Shown piece by piece: positions 19,302 through 30,212 of a DNA stretch of 64,000 nt. Each line of letters starts with the position of its first letter. The first letter of the stretch is position 1. Below the pieces are notes generated by a model, which did not search any database, was not told where the DNA came from, and saw only the letters and a program-made list of their open reading frames with translations. Source of the DNA: an uncultured Nitrososphaerota archaeon (GTDB lineage Archaea > Thermoproteota > Nitrososphaeria > Nitrososphaerales > Nitrosopumilaceae); the NCBI GenBank assembly GCA_963701075.1, contig OY969559.1, forward strand, positions 96,001 to 160,000. The letters are read 5' to 3'. A program made the position numbers and the translations under genes.

Positions 19302-20024
19302 ATGAGCAGTGAATTGCGCTTGAAAAAACTCAGAGGGTCTGGAGGGTATATCATGGCAAATGTCAACGATGACCAACAAAGAAAAGGGAGCCTTGGCGGT
19401 CCGGATCTGTTCTTGGCACCTGTAGGCCGTCTGGATTCTGAAAAGATTACAAAATATTATTGCAACACTTGCGAGAAAGAATACGAAGGCGGACCCAAGA
19501 TTGATTTTGAAACACCAAATGAGGTGGTGGCAGAAAACCTAGTTCTTTTGGAAAAAGGGCAATACATATGCACTACTTGCGGATCAGTTCTTGCAGAATA
19601 TAGAAACTTTAGCAAGCCAGACGAAAAAGCAGAAGTGGGTGCTGCAAAACCAGAGTTGGCTTCTCAAGACACATACTTACCTCCAACGAGTTCTGCTCCA
19701 CAACAATCATTTCAAACAACTACTGACTCGGTAGTAAAGCCGTTTAATTCAATTGTAGGACTTGTGGTATATGATTCAGAGGCAAGAAGATTCGGTGTCG
19801 TAAAAGAGATCGGCATCCAGCTAGGACAATCTGGAATAGTTCTTGTTGTGACAAAAAACGATAACACAAATGTCACTATAAAGTGGGAGGAGATCAGAAA
19901 GATAGGGGAAGTGGTTCTTCTTGGCGGACAGATAGCAGACAATGATTCCAAGTGTACCAAGTGTGGAAATACCAATATTCCTGGCTCAAAATTCTGTGAA
20001 AGTTGCGGTAATAAACTAAAGTAG
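19302..20024 (+). CDS. zinc-finger / PRC-barrel-like / zinc-ribbon protein
   Basis: CNTC, CTTC, PRC-like IVGLVVYDSEARRFGVVKEI..IKWEEIRKIGEVVLL, C-terminal CTKC/FCESCG. Confidence 0.78.
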   Translation: MSSELRLKKLRGSGGYIMANVNDDQQRKGSLGGPDLFLAPVGRLDSEKITKYYCNTCEKEYEGGPKIDFETPNEVVAENLVLLEKGQYICTTCGSVLAEYRNFSKPDEKAEVGAAKPELASQDTYLPPTSSAPQQSFQTTTDSVVKPFNSIVGLVVYDSEARRFGVVKEIGIQLGQSGIVLVVTKNDNTNVTIKWEEIRKIGEVVLLGGQIADNDSKCTKCGNTNIPGSKFCESCGNKLK

Positions 20025-20076
20025 AAATACAATGTAAAGCAAGATTTATCTTACGAGTTTAAAGGACGAAATATAA

Positions 20077-20712
20077 TTGAAGAAAAATTCCGCCACATCA
20101 GGTTTTGTAAAAGATATCATAATTGTGGTTATAGGAATTGCAATAATATGGATAGGATTGAGGGTTGCATTGGGTACTGAAAATCCGTTTTATGTAGTAT
20201 CTAGTGGAAGCATGATTCCAAAGCTGAACATATTTGACGTCATTGTTATTAATGGAAATATTCCCTTTGACCACATCAAGATAGGAGACATTATTGTTTT
20301 CCACGCGCCATCTGAGGACTTGGTCATAGTTCACCGGGTTGCCGAGGTACTCAATCAGAATCCGCTCACAATTAGAACAAAAGGTGATGCCAACCCAGGT
20401 TCCATACCAGGAGTTGACTTTCCAATAACACAGGGGAATTATATTGGAAAGGTAGTGTATGTAGTTCCACAGATAGGCTATGTTACCAGAATTCTCACTC
20501 CACCCATCAATTACATCATAATAGCAGTAATAGTTGGAATAATGATTGTAAAGCAATTTGGAAAATCTAAAATAGATACTACAAGTGTTCTTTCAAGCAA
20601 GGACCTTCCAAGCTCTGACAATTCAAGTGCAGCAGCTGAAACGAGGAACTTGGCTGATAAGGAATATTCCACGCCTGACAAAGACCAAGAACCAGAAGAA
20701 AAGAAAGAGTAA
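20077..20712 (+). CDS. signal peptidase I (Sec11 type)
   Basis: VVSSGSMIP, GDIIVF, IVHRV, TKGDAN. Confidence 0.93.
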   Translation: MKKNSATSGFVKDIIIVVIGIAIIWIGLRVALGTENPFYVVSSGSMIPKLNIFDVIVINGNIPFDHIKIGDIIVFHAPSEDLVIVHRVAEVLNQNPLTIRTKGDANPGSIPGVDFPITQGNYIGKVVYVVPQIGYVTRILTPPINYIIIAVIVGIMIVKQFGKSKIDTTSVLSSKDLPSSDNSSAAAETRNLADKEYSTPDKDQEPEEKKE

Positions 20713-20718
20713 ATTTTT

Positions 20719-22230
20719 CTATTGTTTTGTCGTGCTTACCTTAAACACTCTTTCGAAATAATCAGACAGTTCGGGCGTAGATTCTTCATCCTCTTTTACA
20801 TTTGCCAGGCTCTTGGCAAGTTGTTTTTTGTACTCTAGTTGCATCTGTCTTGCTATATTGATTCTCTGAGCTTGTGGCGAGCCTGCTCCGTGCATAGATT
20901 CTGTAAGATATCCTACTGCATTTCTTCCAAGAGTCATGTTCTCTATCAACCTCAAGATTCGCATTCTGTTTTCAACGTCAACACCTTTTCGACCCTTTAG
21001 GTATTTTTTCAGCATGGGACCCGTCTCTGGATTTCTAAAGTCTTTTTCAGATGGGAGTGTAACCATGAGTCCTCCGGCAATGTCTTGTGCGAGTCTTCCT
21101 ATCTCATATGGGAATCTTGTAACATTGTGCTTGCATACGTTTGCCAGCATATCGTCGTTTATCCAGTTACCAGACTTGGTACGATAAGATTGATATGAAG
21201 ACGCTACACCTGCTGCGTATATCGTCTCATTTAGATGAGTCATCTCTACTAGCTTGTCTCTAATATGAGATACATGTGGCACTCCATTATAATCAGCAAT
21301 TGCTGCAGATGCTCCAATCAGTACGTCTCCAAGGCCTGTCTTGCAGACATAGCTTCTTCTATGGTAACAAGTGAATCTCTCTACCAGCATTGACGCAAAT
21401 TCATACTCTCCGTTCATAAAGACATATTCCCATGGAACAAAAACATTATCAAAAATTATCATTGCCTCTTGGCCTGAAAACTTGGAGTTGCCTGAATCAA
21501 GGTCACCTTCTTCCATGCTTCGCGTGTCACACGACTGTCTGCCGTAAATGTATGTTATACCTGGCGCATCTGCTGGCACTGCACCCACTACTGCATAGTC
21601 GCGGTCGTTTTCATGCAGTCTCATTGTGGGCATGAATATTATCCAGTGTGAGTTAATGCAACCGGTTTGATGTGCCTTGGCACCTTTTACAATAATTCCT
21701 TTGTCATTTTTTTCAACGATATGCAAAAAGACATCTGGGTCTTCTTGTTCATATGGCGCCTTGCTCCTGTCTCCCTTGGGATCTGTCATGGCACCTCCGA
21801 TTACAAAATTTTCTTTTTGAGCCATCTTGATAAACTCTACCAGTCTTTTGTGATAGTCTGTCTTGTGTTTTTCATCAATTTCAAAAGTAACAGAATATAA
21901 TGAATTTATTGCATCCATTCCTACACATCTCTGAAAACATGTACCTGTAAGTTGGCCCAACTTTCTCTGCATCTTGTTTTGGTTTACCAGATCATCTGCA
22001 CTCTCTGCTATATGCAAAAACCTGTTTACTTGCTGACCGCTAAGCGATGATTTTGCACTTGCAAGCTCGCCTTCTTGTACTGCCAGATCAAAAGTTTCCG
22101 CCACAGCGTTAATTGATGGACGAATCATGGGGTGGTCGACAGGTTCTGGTACAAGCTCACCAAAAAGATAGACCTTCATCTTTCTTCCCCTGAGGCTTTG
22201 TATGTACTCGGCACCTGTCTTAATTGGCAT
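20719..22230 (-). CDS. abfD: 4-hydroxybutyryl-CoA dehydratase (HP/HB carbon fixation cycle)
   Basis: GTCFQRCVGMDA, GGAMTDPKGDRS, GAKAHQTG, YHRRSYVCK, ESMHGAGSPQAQR. Confidence 0.95.
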   Translation of the reverse strand: MPIKTGAEYIQSLRGRKMKVYLFGELVPEPVDHPMIRPSINAVAETFDLAVQEGELASAKSSLSGQQVNRFLHIAESADDLVNQNKMQRKLGQLTGTCFQRCVGMDAINSLYSVTFEIDEKHKTDYHKRLVEFIKMAQKENFVIGGAMTDPKGDRSKAPYEQEDPDVFLHIVEKNDKGIIVKGAKAHQTGCINSHWIIFMPTMRLHENDRDYAVVGAVPADAPGITYIYGRQSCDTRSMEEGDLDSGNSKFSGQEAMIIFDNVFVPWEYVFMNGEYEFASMLVERFTCYHRRSYVCKTGLGDVLIGASAAIADYNGVPHVSHIRDKLVEMTHLNETIYAAGVASSYQSYRTKSGNWINDDMLANVCKHNVTRFPYEIGRLAQDIAGGLMVTLPSEKDFRNPETGPMLKKYLKGRKGVDVENRMRILRLIENMTLGRNAVGYLTESMHGAGSPQAQRINIARQMQLEYKKQLAKSLANVKEDEESTPELSDYFERVFKVSTTKQ

Positions 22231-22283
22231 ATCTGCTATTTCCTCTCAAAGTAATATAAGCATTATAACCAGGATGTGAGGCT

Positions 22284-24390
22284 TTAAGAGAGGCCAATTC
22301 TTACATCAACCACTTTGCAGCCCTTGCCCTTTTCAAATACAAGCACTGGGTTCAAGTCAAGTCTCTTTTATCTCCTCAAAATCAGTCACAAGCTGAGAAA
22401 TTTTCTGAATACACTCTGATAATTTTTGCACGTCAGATGGCTTTTCTCCTCTTACGCCCTGCAACAATTTGTTTGTCTTGATAGACGATACCATTTCATC
22501 TGCCTCAAAATTAGTGATTGGTGTTATTCTAAAAGTAACATCTTTGAGAACTTCGACATATATTCCTCCCATTCCAAACATGACGACTGACCCAAATCCT
22601 GGCTCTTGTTTTGAGCCAACAATTGTTTCCTTTCCTCCCTTTACCATTTCTTGTACCAAGACTCCTTTGATTATTGCCTTTTTATCGTATTTCTTTGCGT
22701 TCTTGATTATTTCCTTAAATGCTGTCTTTACTTCTTGTGGAGTTTTCATACCTACCTTTACTCCACCTGCATCAGACTTGTGAATAATTTGTGGTGATGC
22801 GATCTTCATGACAACAGGATATCCAATTTTCTTTGCTGCAAAGAGTGCCTCTTTTTCTTTGGTGACCAAAATGCTTTTTGGAAGCGGTACGCCATAGGCT
22901 TTCAGGACCTCTTGTCCTTCCTCTTCTAGCAGGTTCTTTCTTCCGTCTGATCTTACCTTGACAAAAATTTGTTCTACTTTTTTCTTGTTTACCTTGAATT
23001 GCTGCACCTTGCCCTCAGGGGCCTGGGACCACTGCATAAATCTCAGCATGGCCTTCAGTGCCCTGATTGCACTTTCTGCATATTTGTAATGAGGAATACC
23101 ACCTTCGGCAAGTATCTCCTTGTTCTGTATTCCCTCGTCAAGCCCCATCAGACTTGCCAAGATGGTTTTGTTGTGTTTTTTTGAGACGTTTACTATGACT
23201 TCTGCTAGCTTGTTGTAGTCTAACGTTGCTGAAGGTGTACACATTGCAATTACAGAGCCGACATTTTTGTGAGCAAGAACTAGATTTAGGACATGATCAA
23301 ACCTGTTGTAATCTGCATCGCCTACAATGTCAACTGGATTTCTTGATGTGCCCCACGGCGGAATAACTGCGTTAATTTGAGGTCTAATGTCTTCTATGTT
23401 TGCCATCTTTATGCCAAGCTTTGAGCATGCATCCGTTGAAATAATTGCAGGCCCTCCTGCGTTTGACACAATCACTAGATCCCCTTTGGTTGGAAGCGGT
23501 TGCTTTGAAAATGCTGTGGCATAGTCAAACAACTCCTCCATGGTATCAACCCTAATTGCGCCTGCCTGTGTGAGTAAAGCGTCATAGATCTCGTCAGAGC
23601 CCATGAGTGCACCAGTATGAGACATGGCAGCCTTTGCGCCCTCTGGGCTTCGTCCTGACTTTAAAACAAGAACCGGTTTTTTAGCTTGGCCTAGTCTTGT
23701 GATTTGTTTGCATACTTTGAGAAACTCTCTTCCATTTGCCATGTCTTCAAGATACATGACAATGACCTTGGTTTGATCATGTTCTGCTAACATTTTGAGC
23801 ATGTCAACCTCGTTTAGGTCTACTTTGTTTCCCATGCTGATTACAGCTGAAAATCCTATTCCTTGTGCACTGGCATCTTCGACCAGTGCAGCACAGATAG
23901 CACCACTTTGTGAAACTAGTGCAATTCCGCCAGACTTGGGAGTTACCTTTAGAAAAGTAGAATTCATCATTGTCTGCGGAGCAAGGTTCATGACTCCAAG
24001 ACAGTTTGGTCCTATTATCCTAATGTTGTATTGTCGTGAGATCTCTGCCAACTTTTGTTCAAGCTTTGCCCCCTCTTCGTCTACTTCTTTGAATCCTGCG
24101 GTGATTACAATTGCGCCCTTGATTCCCTTTTTTCCACAATGTTCAAGAACAGTAGGCACAACATCATTTTTTGTTACCACTACTGCAAGGTCTATCTCCT
24201 CTGGTACATCTAGAACGCTGTAGTAGGCTTTTTTACCAAAGACCGTTTCTCGAGTGCGACTTATTGGAAAGATCTTGCCGGTATATCCCTTGAGGATGTT
24301 TGATGTGATCGCTCTGCCAACACTGCCTTCTTGGTCTGATGCGCCAATTATGGCAATTGATTTGGGAGAGAGAAAGAAAGAATCAGTCAT
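22284..24390 (-). CDS. 4-hydroxybutyrate--CoA ligase (ADP-forming), copy 1; apparent +1 frameshift at ~22362
   Basis: CoA-binding, SHTGAL phospho-His and ATP-grasp HKSDAGGV; adjacent to abfD; missing tail LDLNPVLVFEKGKGCKVVDVRIGLS* lies in the neighbouring frame ending at 22284. Confidence 0.88.
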
Positions 24391-24463
24391 TTTAACGAGA
24401 TGGTTTCAAATTGTTATGTATAATAAGTTTATCCAAGATCCTTCCAATTATTGGGCAGTCGGT

Positions 24464-24817
24464 TCAGCTTCCAAGCATTTTTCCTGCCATGTTTTTCTCT
24501 CGTGGAATCCATGTTATCTTTAGATTCTTGCATTTTGCAACAAGTCCCCAAGCCTCCATTGCAAGGAGTCGTAGCTGGCTGTTGTTTATTGCAAACTCGT
24601 GGTTTAGCTGAGATACGGTATTTTTGGAATCACTGTATATGACAATCTCGTCTTGCAAGTTGTGATGTTTTTTTAGTGCAGCAATTATTGCCATGTATTC
24701 GGCTTGATTATTTGTTATACCCGGCTCCTTTTTGTAAAATGATTCTCCAGTCTCTTGGACAAAGAACCCAAAGCCTGAATCTGGTCCGCCAGAACCGTCG
24801 ACAAATATGCTAAGCAT
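24464..24817 (-). CDS. ribonuclease HI family protein
   Basis: IFVDGS, TNNQAEY.A, IYSDS, WIPREKN. Confidence 0.9.
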   Translation of the reverse strand: MLSIFVDGSGGPDSGFGFFVQETGESFYKKEPGITNNQAEYMAIIAALKKHHNLQDEIVIYSDSKNTVSQLNHEFAINNSQLRLLAMEAWGLVAKCKNLKITWIPREKNMAGKMLGS

Positions 24818-25259
24818 TCTTGTACAACCTCATTAGTTTGACGCTCAGATTTATTGTTACCATATAGATGCAAGTTGAGATGGACTGTGACACAAGAGAT
24901 GCAAGATATGCTTCATAGGAATCTGTCAGCAAGTAATATTGCAGCGACCACCTTGCAATTGTATAGACGACTTCACCTATTCCAAGCGATGAGATTATTT
25001 TTATTAGATCTCTTCTCAGGTTTGTCCTGTCAACCTCACCTGATTCTAGCATGTACTTTTTTTTGTTGTCGAAATAAAACAGGGCACCAAAAGTTGTGAA
25101 ATATACGATATAATCAACAACAAGAGTTATTGTTGTGTTAACATAGCTTTGTTGGTTTGACATGGACTGGGCTACAATGGCAGAAATTACAATTGATGCA
25201 GAGAATCCAAGTAGAATGTTTTTGTTAAGCCTCAGATATTCTTTGTATTGCTGTTTCAC
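24810..25259 (-). CDS. membrane protein (GtrA-like topology)
   Basis: About four hydrophobic segments. Confidence 0.7.
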   Translation of the reverse strand: MKQQYKEYLRLNKNILLGFSASIVISAIVAQSMSNQQSYVNTTITLVVDYIVYFTTFGALFYFDNKKKYMLESGEVDRTNLRRDLIKIISSLGIGEVVYTIARWSLQYYLLTDSYEAYLASLVSQSISTCIYMVTINLSVKLMRLYKNA

Positions 25260-25294
25260 GGGTTGACTTTGTTCTAGTTACAAATAAACTGAAT

Positions 25295-25579
25295 CTATTG
25301 CAGTGTTATTTTCAAAAGTATTAGGATTCCTGCTAGCTCTGCCGTATGCACTGCCAAAAGATATGGCAGAAGAGCCACTGCATAAAGTTCCATCATTGAG
25401 AAATATGCATAAACCGTGATTACATTGTGCAAGAAGAGCAGGCCTGAGAAAAATATCATGCCCAGCGGAAGCTGTGCCTTTGTTTTCGAATACATCTTGC
25501 CAAAGACTCCCATTAGTATTCCCAATACTACCATGTTGGCGCTTGAGACAATTGTGCTTGCAGTCATTATGGGTTCCAT
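25295..25579 (-). CDS. small three-helix membrane protein
   Basis: Hydrophobic 94-aa ORF downstream of the ArsR-type regulator. Confidence 0.75.
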   Translation of the reverse strand: MEPIMTASTIVSSANMVVLGILMGVFGKMYSKTKAQLPLGMIFFSGLLFLHNVITVYAYFSMMELYAVALLPYLLAVHTAELAGILILLKITLQ

Positions 25580-25606
25580 GTGTAAAAAACTTCAGCCTCG
25601 CAGAGC

Positions 25607-25909
25607 TTATTTACTTTTTTCCAATTTGGCTACAATTTCATCAAATGCCATCAAGTTGACCTCCAAAAATGTAGATATGAAATAAGTCGCGCCGTATTTT
25701 TCTCCTACACGCGTTATGAGGTTGTTTTTTTCAAGCACACCGATATGGTGCTGTATTGCCTTGTAGTCTAAATCCAGCTCTTTTGCCAGTTGGTTTGCAT
25801 TAAGAGGCCTTTCACGTATAACAGAGATGATTCTCATCCGGTTCGGCCCGCCTTTTGAGCCCATGAACACAAACCAGAGAAGGCGCTTTGCATAAGGATC
25901 TGCAGGCAT
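25607..25909 (-). CDS. ArsR-family winged-HTH regulator
   Basis: GSKGGPNRMRII...NANQLAKELDLDYKAIQHHI.VLEKNNLI. Confidence 0.9.
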   Translation of the reverse strand: MPADPYAKRLLWFVFMGSKGGPNRMRIISVIRERPLNANQLAKELDLDYKAIQHHIGVLEKNNLITRVGEKYGATYFISTFLEVNLMAFDEIVAKLEKSK

Positions 25910-26096
25910 TGATGCCTTCCTGTACCCCTACTAATTAAAACATCTTTGGGGTTTTTTTAACAATTGTAAAGTTCAGGCTTCAAGTAATGGTAAATTTGTA
26001 TCAGAAAGATAGGGCGCCTTTGTTTGGAACAATGTCATACAACATTCTTACATTTGAAGAAACCTTTTTTGTAGAATTTTGCCCATACTCAGATAA

Positions 26097-28199
26097 CTAT
26101 GAAAGACCAATCCTAACATCTACTACCTTGCATCCCTTTCCTTCCTCAAAAACTACGGCAGGATTCAAGTCAAGTTCCTTTATTTGAGGAAAATCTGTTG
26201 CTAATTGTGATATTCTCTGTATGCATTCTGCCAGTTTTTTGATATCTGATGGTCTCTCACCACGTACCCCATGGAGAAGTTGACTTGTTCTAATTGAGGA
26301 TACCATGCCAGAAGCTTCCACGTCTGTGACTGGTGCAACCCTAAAAACAACATCTTTTAGGAATTGGACATAAATTCCACCCATTCCAAACATCACTACT
26401 GGACCAAATCCAGGCTCTTGCTTGGAACCAATTATTGTCTCCTTGCCACCAGCAACCATTTCCTGCACAAGAATGCCTCTTATCTCGGCGTTTGGGTTGT
26501 ATTGCTTGGCATTTTTTGCTATCTGCACAAAGGCATCTCTCGCTTCTGTCTCGGTTTTGACATTTACTATTACTCCACCTGCATCGGATTTGTGCAATAT
26601 TTGAGGCGATGATATCTTCATCACTACTGGAAACCCAATATCTTTTGCGATTGTAACGGCCTCATATTCGGTTTTGGCAACTTTGCTTATGGGAATTGGA
26701 ATACCATAAGCTTTCAAAACATTCATCCCTTCTTCTTGAAACAGCGTTGATCTTCCCTCGTCTCTTGCCCTTCTTAGCAACTCCTCAACCTCATCTTTGT
26801 TTACTTCAAATTTTGCGATACTTCCTTCTGGAGATTTTACCCATTCTGCAAATTGCAGCATGGCCTTGAGCGATTTTATTGCTTCCCCACAGTAATTGTA
26901 GTACGGTATGTTTCCCTCTGCCAGAATCTCTTTATTTCTATGTCCTTCGTCTTCTCCTATCAGACTTGCAAGCATCGTCTTGCCGTATTTTTTTGACATT
27001 GCAACAATTACCTCGGCAAGCTTGTTGTAATCAAGTATTGCAGAGGGTGTACACATTGTTACCACAGATCCCACATTTGGATGAGCAAGAACAATGTCGA
27101 GGACATTTTTGAAGCGTTCATGGTCTGCATCGCCTACTATATCTACGGGATTTCTGGAACTGCCCCAAGGCGGTATCACGGCATCTATATTTGGCCGAAT
27201 ATCAGAAATATCAGCCATCTTTATGCCAAATTTCTCGCATGCGTCAGTTGAGATTATGGCAAGACCTCCTGCATTAGATACAATTACCATATCTCCTTTG
27301 ATAGGTATTGGTTGTTTTGCAAAAGCTGTAGCGTAATCAAATAATTCCTCCATGTCATCAACTCGTATTGCACCTGCCTGTCTTAGGGCTGCATCGTAGA
27401 CCTCGTCTGAGCCCATGAGTGCACCTGTGTGCGACATTGCAGCCTTTGCGCCACGTGCACTGCGACCAGATTTTAAGACCAGAACTGGTTTTTTGATATC
27501 ATTGCGTTTTGTTATCTGCTTGCAAATGTCAATGAACTTGTTACCGTCATGCATGTCCTCAAGATACATCACTATAACTTTGGTCTGGGGATGCAAAGAT
27601 AGTATTTCAAGTATCTCAACCTCGGTTTGGTCAACCTTGTTTCCCATACTTATTACCGCAGAAAAGCCCACATCTTCCATACTTGCATTTTCAACCAAGG
27701 CAGCACATATCGCGCCGCTCTGAGATACCAGTGCAATATTTCCTGGCTTGGGAATGCTTTTGAGAAATGTCGCGTTCATCATCACCTTTGGATCCAAATT
27801 CATTACCCCAATACAGTTTGGTCCTATCACTTTGATGCTATGTCTCTGGGCGATGGTTCTTACTTCGTCTTCAAGTTTTGCTCCCTCCTTGCCGGTTTCT
27901 TTGAAGCCTGCTGTGATTATGATTACGCCCTTCACTTTTTTTATTCCGCATTCCTCCATTATTTTTGGAACAGTTGTATTCCTTGTTACAATGACAGCCA
28001 AGTCAATTTCCTGAGGTACTTCTACTACGTTTTTGTATGATTTTATACCAAAGACGGAATCCTTGGTGGGGTTTACTGGAAAAACTAATCCTTTAAAGTC
28101 TTTTACAATATTTGAGGTTATCGCGTGACCAACACTTCCTTCCTTGTCTGTAGCACCTATTACTGCAATAGATCTTGGGGAGAGAATGGAATAACTCAA
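26097..28199 (-). CDS. ADP-forming acyl-CoA ligase, paralog of 4-hydroxybutyrate--CoA ligase (copy 2)
   Basis: Colinear with 22284-24390 (ALVSQSGAICAALVE, GAKAAMSHTGALMGSDE, identical KGCKVVDVRIGLS end). Confidence 0.9.
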   Translation of the reverse strand: MSYSILSPRSIAVIGATDKEGSVGHAITSNIVKDFKGLVFPVNPTKDSVFGIKSYKNVVEVPQEIDLAVIVTRNTTVPKIMEECGIKKVKGVIIITAGFKETGKEGAKLEDEVRTIAQRHSIKVIGPNCIGVMNLDPKVMMNATFLKSIPKPGNIALVSQSGAICAALVENASMEDVGFSAVISMGNKVDQTEVEILEILSLHPQTKVIVMYLEDMHDGNKFIDICKQITKRNDIKKPVLVLKSGRSARGAKAAMSHTGALMGSDEVYDAALRQAGAIRVDDMEELFDYATAFAKQPIPIKGDMVIVSNAGGLAIISTDACEKFGIKMADISDIRPNIDAVIPPWGSSRNPVDIVGDADHERFKNVLDIVLAHPNVGSVVTMCTPSAILDYNKLAEVIVAMSKKYGKTMLASLIGEDEGHRNKEILAEGNIPYYNYCGEAIKSLKAMLQFAEWVKSPEGSIAKFEVNKDEVEELLRRARDEGRSTLFQEEGMNVLKAYGIPIPISKVAKTEYEAVTIAKDIGFPVVMKISSPQILHKSDAGGVIVNVKTETEARDAFVQIAKNAKQYNPNAEIRGILVQEMVAGGKETIIGSKQEPGFGPVVMFGMGGIYVQFLKDVVFRVAPVTDVEASGMVSSIRTSQLLHGVRGERPSDIKKLAECIQRISQLATDFPQIKELDLNPAVVFEEGKGCKVVDVRIGLS

Positions 28200-28564
28200 A
28201 GTCTTAGAATCGTTCCCTGTATTTCTTAATTAGGTCAGCAATCTTTCTTCCCATTGACAAAGGACTGTTTTTGTTCAACCTGAGAATGGAATCACACAAT
28301 GGTTCAAGGGACATATAGGACGACATCAGATCACGCTTATGCTGAAGTATTAACTTCTTTTAACAATTCTGGTAATTCTCAATGTTAATAATGAAGATTG
28401 GAAATGATCGCATCAAAAATAATTCTTTACTCTTCAGCTGTTTGATTAAATCCAGTCCCAAAGATAGTGTCATACCACCAGAAGATTGACTTTTCAACAA
28501 TAATGACGAGTCCTGTATGAGGCCTAAAGAATAACTGATAAATTGGATCATATCATAACTGAGC

Positions 28565-29446
28565 TTGATGCTAGACTATGATTACCCTTTGTACAGGCCA
28601 CCATCGGAGGGCAAGTCACTTATTTTTCAGGTAACATTGGGATGCTCATTTAACAAATGTTCGTACTGTGACATGTATAGAACAAAAGAATACCAAGAAA
28701 GGCCGTGGGATGAGATAAAGATGGAAATTGATCTTGCTTCAAAACACATGCCTGGAACAACAAGAATATTTCTTGCAGATGGAGATGCGTTGAACCTGTC
28801 AACAGAGAGAATGTTACAGATTTTAGATTACATACAAGGCAAGTTTCCAAATCTTGAGAGAATTTCGTGCTATGCCATGCCAAAAAATATTTTGGAAAAA
28901 TCTACAGAGGACCTGAAAAAACTTTACGACGCCGGGCTTACCATGTTCTATATCGGCATAGAGACAGGTTCTGATATCATACTGAAAAAAATTACAAAGG
29001 GTGCAACTAGCCAGACAATCATCAAGGCATGCCAAAAGGCAAAGGACTCTGGCTATACTATATCATGCATGGTGATTCTAGGCCTTGGCGGAAAAAAGTA
29101 CTCAAAGCAACACATTGAGGATACTGCAAAGATTCTCAGCGTGACCTCCCCTCATTATGTGGGAGCCCTAACTTTGCACCTAGACAAAGGAATACGCGAA
29201 GAGTTCCTCACCAAGTTCAAGGAACCTTTTCTGGTAATTGATGATTCTGATGCGCTAGATGAGATAGAGTCTCTTGTGAGCAAGATGGAACCCAAGACTC
29301 CGGTAATTTTCCGAGCCAACCATGGCTCCAATGCATATCCAATAGGTGGTACATTTCCACAAGAGAAGCAACAGATGCTGGAAAAAATTACATATCTTAG
29401 AAAACATCCGGAATTGTGCAGACCAGTAGGTTTTAGGGCATTCTAG
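28565..29446 (+). CDS. radical SAM protein
   Basis: YRPPSE...QVTLGCSFNKCSYCDMY (CxxxCxxC), FLADGDAL. Confidence 0.92.
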   Translation: MMLDYDYPLYRPPSEGKSLIFQVTLGCSFNKCSYCDMYRTKEYQERPWDEIKMEIDLASKHMPGTTRIFLADGDALNLSTERMLQILDYIQGKFPNLERISCYAMPKNILEKSTEDLKKLYDAGLTMFYIGIETGSDIILKKITKGATSQTIIKACQKAKDSGYTISCMVILGLGGKKYSKQHIEDTAKILSVTSPHYVGALTLHLDKGIREEFLTKFKEPFLVIDDSDALDEIESLVSKMEPKTPVIFRANHGSNAYPIGGTFPQEKQQMLEKITYLRKHPELCRPVGFRAF

Positions 29447-29579
29447 AATTATTGTCTAGCGACCAGCACAATTGTGAATGCAGTTTGCCAGAAATGCCAA
29501 CGCATAAGCTAGCAAGTCCATCATAGTGCCAATTCATCGAGCATGTATGAAAAACTGCGCATATTTTTGTGTAATGATA

Positions 29580-30212
29580 TCAGCTTGTTGAATTTGTTAC
29601 TGTGAAATGATTTATCGAGAGATGGCCCCACTCGTCATCTCCCACTAGGGTGTATACTCCGGGCATGAGTGTTTGGAATTTCTGGCCGTTATAGTATCCA
29701 TCAAATGCCACATGGTACTGCATTGGTACTTGATAGTTTGTTGAATTGTAGGTTTCAATTACTGCTTGGTTGCTTGAGGGCTGGAATACATAGTCTACAA
29801 TACCAATTGTTTTACACATGTAGACACCGCTCTTATAAAACGCTAGACGTTTACCTTCAGTCATGTTCTCTACTGAATAGTTTCCCTCAAACAAGGCCAT
29901 GCCAAAGGGCAGATGAAATAGGCAAGGCAGTATGCTCCATTGTTTTACAGGCCAGTTATGTTGTGGACGCAGGGTCAGTACGTTTGGTGATGTGTTGTCA
30001 AGTACAATATCCATTGCAATCCCCTGCCCTGCCTTTATTTGAGTGGAATTCACAGATACATCAAGCGAGAGCATGGACGGCGGCGTATTTTCAGAGATTG
30101 GCTGATATGGTTGACTGGGGTTGAATATATGAGAGAACGATACAATTGCTCCAAATGTTACAATTACTCCAATGCTTATTGCCATAATGATGTAAAGAGT
30201 TAGTGACTTCAT
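29580..30212 (-). CDS. exported/membrane-anchored hypothetical protein
   Basis: N-terminal hydrophobic helix followed by beta-rich domain. Confidence 0.75.
   Translation of the reverse strand: MKSLTLYIIMAISIGVIVTFGAIVSFSHIFNPSQPYQPISENTPPSMLSLDVSVNSTQIKAGQGIAMDIVLDNTSPNVLTLRPQHNWPVKQWSILPCLFHLPFGMALFEGNYSVENMTEGKRLAFYKSGVYMCKTIGIVDYVFQPSSNQAVIETYNSTNYQVPMQYHVAFDGYYNGQKFQTLMPGVYTLVGDDEWGHLSINHFTVTNSTS

Noticed and set aside
28200-28560. 63-aa ORF or ncRNA in the long intergenic region
   Set aside because: No recognisable features or convincing structure.
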